The position numbers and the translations under genes are program-made. Under the pieces are notes generated by a model. The model had not been told where the DNA came from. It was given only the letters and a program-made list of their open reading frames with translations, and did no database searches. 64,000 nt of DNA from NCBI GenBank assembly GCA_951406725.2, contig OX597814.1:118854001-118918000 (forward strand), written 5' to 3'. Of this stretch, positions 56,656 to 64,000 are shown piece by piece; the first letter of the stretch is position 1, and every line of letters begins with the position of its first letter. The DNA comes from Octopus vulgaris. Its lineage: Eukaryota.

Positions 56656-56732
56656 GGTCACTTTTGAGTGCTACTGGTAACATGTAACCCAGTACAACCT
56701 GCTGCATGGTCGGGTCGTCAGCGACTAAACCG
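56656..56732 (+). ncRNA. Candidate HDV-like ribozyme
   Basis: P1 GGTCAC/ATGGTC, P2 CAGT/ACCG, P3 ACA/TGC, L3 ACCTGC with CC:GG P1.1, P4 TCG tcag CGA, J4/2 CTAA. Three mismatches. Confidence 0.5.
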
Positions 56733-57181
56733 TCCACCCCACCAAGCTTGCTTGGTGAGGAGGGAGTCTTTTGGACACCCTGCGGGATGAAAACAAAACC
56801 CGTCAAAGAGAGGAGGAACTCTTGAGAGTCAACGGCCTTCCAGCGGGGACATAGAAATAATCGGACTGAATACCTGATCGCGCGGTTAAACCATTGGGAG
56901 TGATGGACTTCTAGCCTTTTTAGGGCATCCTTCTGGGAGAAGGTACCTCAGGTAACTGGGATAACTCCGACATAAAATCAGCGGCTCAGTGGTTACCGAT
57001 GATATTGACTTGTTCTTCTCTTTGGATTATGGCTGCTGTTGCTTAGTGAGTGAGATTGACTCAGTGCACAGCCTTTCCTCACTTTAAAAACAATATCTTC
57101 TTGCACAAGCATTGCACGATAACAACATTGATTAATCTTCGTGCAATGGCCATACTCGATAACGAGGGGGCAGCCACCACC
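56656..57181 (+). mobile_element. Non-autonomous RTE-derived element (5' UTR joined to 3' end)
   Basis: GC-richer 525 bp block between TATG repeats, with no long ORF. 3' end GGCCATACTCGATAACGAGGGGGCAGCCACCAC resembles RTE termini. Confidence 0.55.
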
Positions 57182-58073
57182 ATGTATCTATGCATGCATG
57201 TATGTATGTATGTGTGTATGTATGTATGTATGTGCAGATTTGTATGTAGGTAAGTATGAACATTGTTCAACGACAAACTTGCTTCCTTTTTCGTTGCCGT
57301 GTTACACTCTTAGCATATTTACTGAATCTTAGCTGCAAAAGTAAATAATTTCATTGGATAAATATATAAGAAGAATCTCGAAATATTGTTTGCGTTATTA
57401 TAAAACTGACAAAAATAATCGTGATGACAATAAACTTATTTGTTAAAGTTGTTTAGTTTGTTTTCACGAATGATAAGCGCCACTCTTTACTTTAATTCAT
57501 ATTAAGCTATTTATATGAATTGCATACATAATTTTTTTTATGAATTTACTTTGAGGTATAAGCCTTATCAATGTTCTATCAATATTGAATGGTCCAAACC
57601 GTTATCTGCGTTTCTATCAATATCATTACACTTTATAGTCATCAATAATAAACATTTGTTGTAGATTAGTACCGCCCTCACATAAATTTAACTAGATCAT
57701 TAAATGTTTGATGTAGTCAGAAATTATTTAATTAAATTATATTTAAATACATTCAGAAAACGGGGTTGTGCTTTGAAATACCATAACTGTTTCTTTCTTT
57801 CTTTCTTTCTGTTTTTTCTTATTTTCATCCTTTCTTTGTTTCTCTAGAATATGTGGATATGAGTGTCTGTATGTGTCTTTGTGTGTCTTTGTACATAGAC
57901 ACAACAAAGTATACACACCTGGATATTTATACAGGTGTGTTAACGTGTGAATCTCTGTCAAATCCATCTTCCCCTCTCTTTACTGATATCACTTTATTCT
58001 TGCAACGATGCATAAATACTCACAAATATGTGTGTATGTATGTACGTATTATGTATGTGTGTATATATGTATG

Positions 58074-58120
<47 letters not shown>

Positions 58121-58995
58121 ATATATATATGTGTGTGTGTGTGTGCATAAATGTATATTTGCGTGTATGTTAATGTGTCTGTGCTTGTACTCCCACCATC
58201 GCTTGACAATCGATGTTGGTGTGTTTATGTCCACTTAACTTAGCGGTTCGGCAAAAGAGATCGATATAATATGAACTAGGCATAGAAAGAATAAGTCATG
58301 GGGCCGATTTGTTCGACTAAAGGCTGTGCTCCAGCATGGCCACAGTCAAATAACTGACATAAATAAAATAATGAAAAGAATAAGAATGCACATATAGATA
58401 TGCGTGTATATTTACATGGATATATATATATACATGTATTTTAAGGGATCTCCATCGGTTTCGGAGGTGATTAAAGCTTATTTACTTCTATCAAATGAAT
58501 TATTCGTCTACCTTGGGCAAAATCTTACGCAGCATCATCTTGTCACATTTTGTCTCAACGCCCTACATTTGCTAAGACAATTGTAAGGCAATTGGCTAAC
58601 TTTCCTAAAGTACTCCCTCCATACAATCTCCTCCATAATGTGCCGGTCAATTCAACACATCGGTAAACGGAATCGAACACGCATCCCCTATATTTCGATG
58701 TGATATACTTACCTCCTCAGCTACTATGTGTCCACCAAAATAGAGGTTCCATATCTTTCCACGCCTACCAAATGCACATGATTATCCTGCATTTTTCATA
58801 CCTAAAACTTCGCGTTGGGATTTTCGGTCATAATATATCAATGGTAAATGCATCACCAAAAGAAATGGAGAAAACCACCCAATTATAAAGACAGGAATTG
58901 AACGATAACCGAATATTGGGAATTGAAAAGAGAAGCAAATTCCATGAAAAGGAGAGGCTTTCTCTCACACACACATACACAGTCATAGATATATG

Positions 58996-59043
<48 letters not shown>

Positions 59044-59066
59044 ATACAAATCTACATATATGTTGC

Positions 59067-59097
<31 letters not shown>

Positions 59098-59748
59098 CTT
59101 GATATTATGGGAATTGTTTCTCGTTTCGATACCTAATTTCGTTTTATCGCTATTTCTGGATAATTGGATAGGTCTTTTTTTCCATTTATTCTTGAGCTAC
59201 ATATTCATTGGTGCATTGTCTTTTATTGAACCGATGCAAAATTACAGGGATTACTGAACAAAGATAAGCTTATGTAAATGGTCTTCCTCTTCCAGGTAGG
59301 GACAGTACATTATTTAATCACTAATGCAAAATCCATTAGAAAATTTTGTTCAAAAATGCCGGCAGGAGAGATAACACATTTGTATTTTGCTAGTTGCAGC
59401 TGAATTCCTAATTTCCCTTCTCGTAACTCTTACAATTTGCATAAAAGAAATCCACAGAACAAGCTGTGATACTCTACAAACCTTCGTGCAATTTTGTAAC
59501 AGTGGTCCCAGAATATTAAGGGCTGCTTTAATATGAAATTAATGTGACTTTTGCATTTACCAATTAATCAGAAATTACGTACTTTCCTTAGTACTATTGT
59601 TCTTTCTTAAAATCATCATTTATATTTATATATGAGACCAAGTCCCACAGCATGACACAGTGAGTGCGTGTTTTCTAATCTAGCCTCTGGCCATCTAGAG
59701 CCTCCATAGTGGATGCGGTATACAGGAACTGAAAGAAGCACGTCGTAT

Positions 59749-59990
<242 letters not shown>

Positions 59991-60117
59991 TTGTAAAAAT
60001 ATTATAATATATTATAAAATATTATAATAATCCAGGTTTCTCGGAGCACTGGGCCACTTGGTGTTGAATAGATATACTATTAAATTAGTATCTAATTCTC
60101 TCACCCTTATTAATTAA

Positions 60118-60198
<81 letters not shown>

Positions 60199-60214
60199 CA
60201 TATATATTTTCTAT

Positions 60215-60421
60215 TATTCTTTTACTTGTTCCAGTCCTTTGAGTGCGACCATGCTGGAACACCGCCTTTACTCGAACAAATACACCCCAGGACTTATTCT
60301 TTGTAAGCCTAGTAATTATTCAATCAGTCTCTTTTGCCAAACCTCTACGTTACGTGCACATAAACCTAACAACATCAGTTGTTAAGCGATGGTGGTGTTG
60401 GGGACAAACTCAGGCGCATAT

Positions 60422-60492
<71 letters not shown>

Positions 60493-60658
60493 TACACGAC
60501 GGGCTTATTTCAGTTTCCGTCTTCCAAATCCACTCACAAGGCCTTGGTCAGCCTGTGGCTATAACAGAAGACACTTGCCCAAGATGCCACGCAGTTGGAC
60601 TGAACCCGGAAACATGTGGTTGGGAAGCAAACATTTTGCCACACAACCACTCCTGCAC
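60215..60658 (-). mobile_element. SINE family A
   Basis: Reverse complement match with internal (TA)n. Confidence 0.88.
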
Positions 60659-62556
60659 TCACATGTGTGTGTGTGTATGTGTGTGCGTGCGTATGTCTTT
60701 TTACCTGTGTTTGTGCTCCACTAAACTTGGCAACCGGTGTTAGTGTGTTTACGCCCCAATAACGTAGCGGTTTAGCAAAAGAGAATAAGTACGAGGCTTT
60801 ATAAAAGTATGTGCTGGGTCGATTCGTACGTTTAAATTTATTCAGGACCCAGCCCCTGTATGATCACAGTCTAACGACTGAAATAAGTAAATTATGTGCT
60901 ATAATATTTATTTTGTTCATTGTGAAAATCGCAGCTATCTTCTCTTTCATGATTGTAGCCACACTACAGTGAGATCGTAACTTTAAAACAGATAAAAGCT
61001 GATCCATGATACGTATGATTAAAGACATGTCGGGTTTGACTGTCTTATCGTTTAAGTATTTATATTTACGACTGCATTACATAATACCTCCAACCCTACT
61101 TTAAGAAAGTGGGTGGCTAGACTGCTATATTTTCATTTATCCATATTTATTTTCTATATTCATCGACCAAGGTAAGACATGCTTGTTAGCTTTGTAAGAT
61201 TTATTCATGACGTCGAATATCGTCAAATGAGAATTATAAAGCGTATGTCCGGCATACAGTCAATGACAACAAAAAGGTTTGTTAGTTATAGTGAAAATAA
61301 CCCCACCCCCTATGCTATTGGTTTCGCTCTTATTTCTGTTAGTGGTTGTGGTTAGCATTGCAATCGTTTTTGTAGTTTCTTCTCGTTTGCTATTTCTGGT
61401 ACTGCTGTTTTTCGTTGACAAAGCAACAGCAAAGTATAGGTTGGTATTGTTGCCTTTGATGACGATGAAAATTAAGCTGTTGCCGGCTGGGATTTTGTCG
61501 CTCATGACGAGAAGGAAAGACTTTTCTTTTTAGCTTTCTAATTGATACCTGCATTATTTATTTTTGACAATTAAGAAAATCATCTCTTCGGTTGCAAAGT
61601 ATTAAACAAGAAGGAATTAGCTAATACGGTCAATTGAGTGAATTGATTGTAATACACCATTTTCCAGTTAATATGGTAGATGATAACATCTAGATCGACA
61701 TGCAAAGTTATTCATCAGCATTTCCTTGCTCTAAATACGGTATATCCATGATTAACAAAAGGTTAGTAAATTTAGATAAAACAGTTAAACAAATTCCACG
61801 TATGATAAAATCAATACAATGTAGTATGTAAAAAACATATTGGTACAATGAGATAAGAAAGTACTTAATGCGAAAGAGAACGATATAGGCCATAGTTTCA
61901 TAGTATAGTGAATAATTTGTTGTGTCGCACAATGAATAGAACATTCTACAGACATGCACAATAAAGCATATTTCTTGCATTTTTTATCCTGGGAATTTCT
62001 GCACATTTCTTTTCGTTAAAAAATTTGCTGAAACTGAGAGATATTTTCTCTGGTAGTGAATTTTCATGTACAGAACTAGCCTTGATGGCTGCTATATGCT
62101 AAAAAATACCATACAAAAGATAAAATGCAGCCACGTGAGAACTTATTGGACATAGGCTTCTGGACACTGTGTGTATTATGTATAGCATGATAAATGTATC
62201 ACAAATAGATGTCTAGCTGGCAAAACGGCCTTCAATATATTTCTGCTGTGATTGAAACAATTTCTAAAACACTATCTGCTGTGTGGATAAATGTTTTTCG
62301 TCTGGATTTCCCTATTGAATGCTTATCAACAAAACTTCCCGTACATGTATTTTCAAAGACGGTAGAGTTTTCACACAAGAAACCAGCTTCGAGCAACGAG
62401 ACATCCACTCATTGTTCAAATACCACCATGTTTTCTGAGAATTAAGATGTATCAATTACGCAATGTTTATATAATTAAATTCCTGTATGTGATATATGAC
62501 ACACACACATGCACAAACAAAATCGCGTATATATGCGCATAAGTGTATACCGACAC

Positions 62557-62594
<38 letters not shown>

Positions 62595-62616
62595 TCACAC
62601 ACACACACACACATAG

Positions 62617-62719
<103 letters not shown>

Positions 62720-63849
62720 ATATATATATTTCAACAACATTGAGGAACGGCCCCGATAGGCCATTCGACCCACTAGAAAGAGCAGCCAAGACTCAAACCG
62801 CTAAATAGTAGTAATTCAGAAATTAAAGGAAAATTAAAAAACATTTACCCTATTTATATTTTGACAATGCATTGTTTCGACGTTCTTTATGGCAAACCAG
62901 CCTAATTAAATTAAATTAAATTTAATCAAGTCAATCTACCAAATCGGAAAAGAAGCCAGGAGGAATAGATATACACGAGGCAGCAGCATTTGTGCCTCGG
63001 GAATATATACCCTAAATTTTCAAAACCACCGTAATCGCGCCAACTTATCAGCAGCAAATATAAACTGCTGTTTAACAATTATATATCCGCTGCATCGGAA
63101 ATCTCCAATGGCTCCATAACTACCGTCTCGGCTATGACCTTGGAGCCCCAGTAATCCGTTACATCACTTACCTGACATGCCTAATGGTTTAGACCACCTG
63201 TGAACTAAACCCCCATATTTTGTATAAATAGATAGATAGATACATACATACATACATACATACATACATACATACATACATACATACATACATACATACA
63301 TACATACATGCATACATATTTGCAGATAATTTAAATGCATTTAAAATAACGTGTTTCATTTTAAAGCTGATATTTGTGATCCTGAAAGCAATAGCTACTG
63401 TCTTGCTATTAATTGATATTACTTTCTTTGACGATAACCTATGTATTTCAATTGATTTTATATTTATTCTCTTGTGTAAATTAGTATTGTGAACGGTTTT
63501 GTCTTATGTACAACTAAAAATATAAACATATTCAATCTCCTATTAAAATCCTATTTGCGAAACCTTATTAATTTCGTGATCGTAATCAACATATTACTTC
63601 TGTTCAATGTACTTTGCAGTCATCATTGACGTTTTACATACGTACATATATATGTATGCGTGTGTGTGTGTGTGTGTGTGTATGTGTGTAAGTACCATTA
63701 TTTATACCACGTTGTATACACACATGACCACACACATATATACATGTAATATATAACCTTCTAAATTATCTTCTAACTTATAAATGCTCATACACATACG
63801 CAGATGTAAACAGATATAAGCGCTAACATAATTGTGTGTGTAAAGAGAG

Positions 63850-63890
<41 letters not shown>

Positions 63891-64000
63891 AAGAGATTAA
63901 TTCTTATTTCAATCACCATATTATTTTATCTAATAGTAGATCTTAATAATTGGATATTCTCTACATTTCTGGCAAATGTATTCCATCATTCGTATGCTTG

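Overview
AT-rich, microsatellite-saturated eukaryotic DNA with no host gene I can support. The SINE repertoire suggests an octopus genome (inference). Nearly all recognisable content is mobile DNA: a Tc1 (DD34E) end, a decayed mariner, a DD37D maT transposon, CR1-group, RTE and R4/Dong-type LINEs, several tRNA-derived SINE families, and a young, near-complete Neptune-type Penelope-like element (PLE, 10055-16123) with a ~1 kb inverted terminal duplication. Three things stand out. (1) There are at least four unrelated 300-480 bp 'tail-out' inverted-repeat mini-elements beside TA-rich tracts, each carrying a type I hammerhead ribozyme motif. Some have a compensatory U3-A8 core and most have a palindromic or near-palindromic stem III. 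Further one-armed relics show the same geometry as the full PLE. (2) The full PLE has a coiled-coil ORF1 joined to a start-less RT/GIY-YIG ORF by a U_UUU_UUA heptamer in the correct frame for a -1 ribosomal frameshift, although a homopolymer error is a real alternative. (3) A candidate HDV-like ribozyme sits at the 5' end of a non-autonomous RTE-derived element. All structures were read by eye; no searches or folding programs were run.
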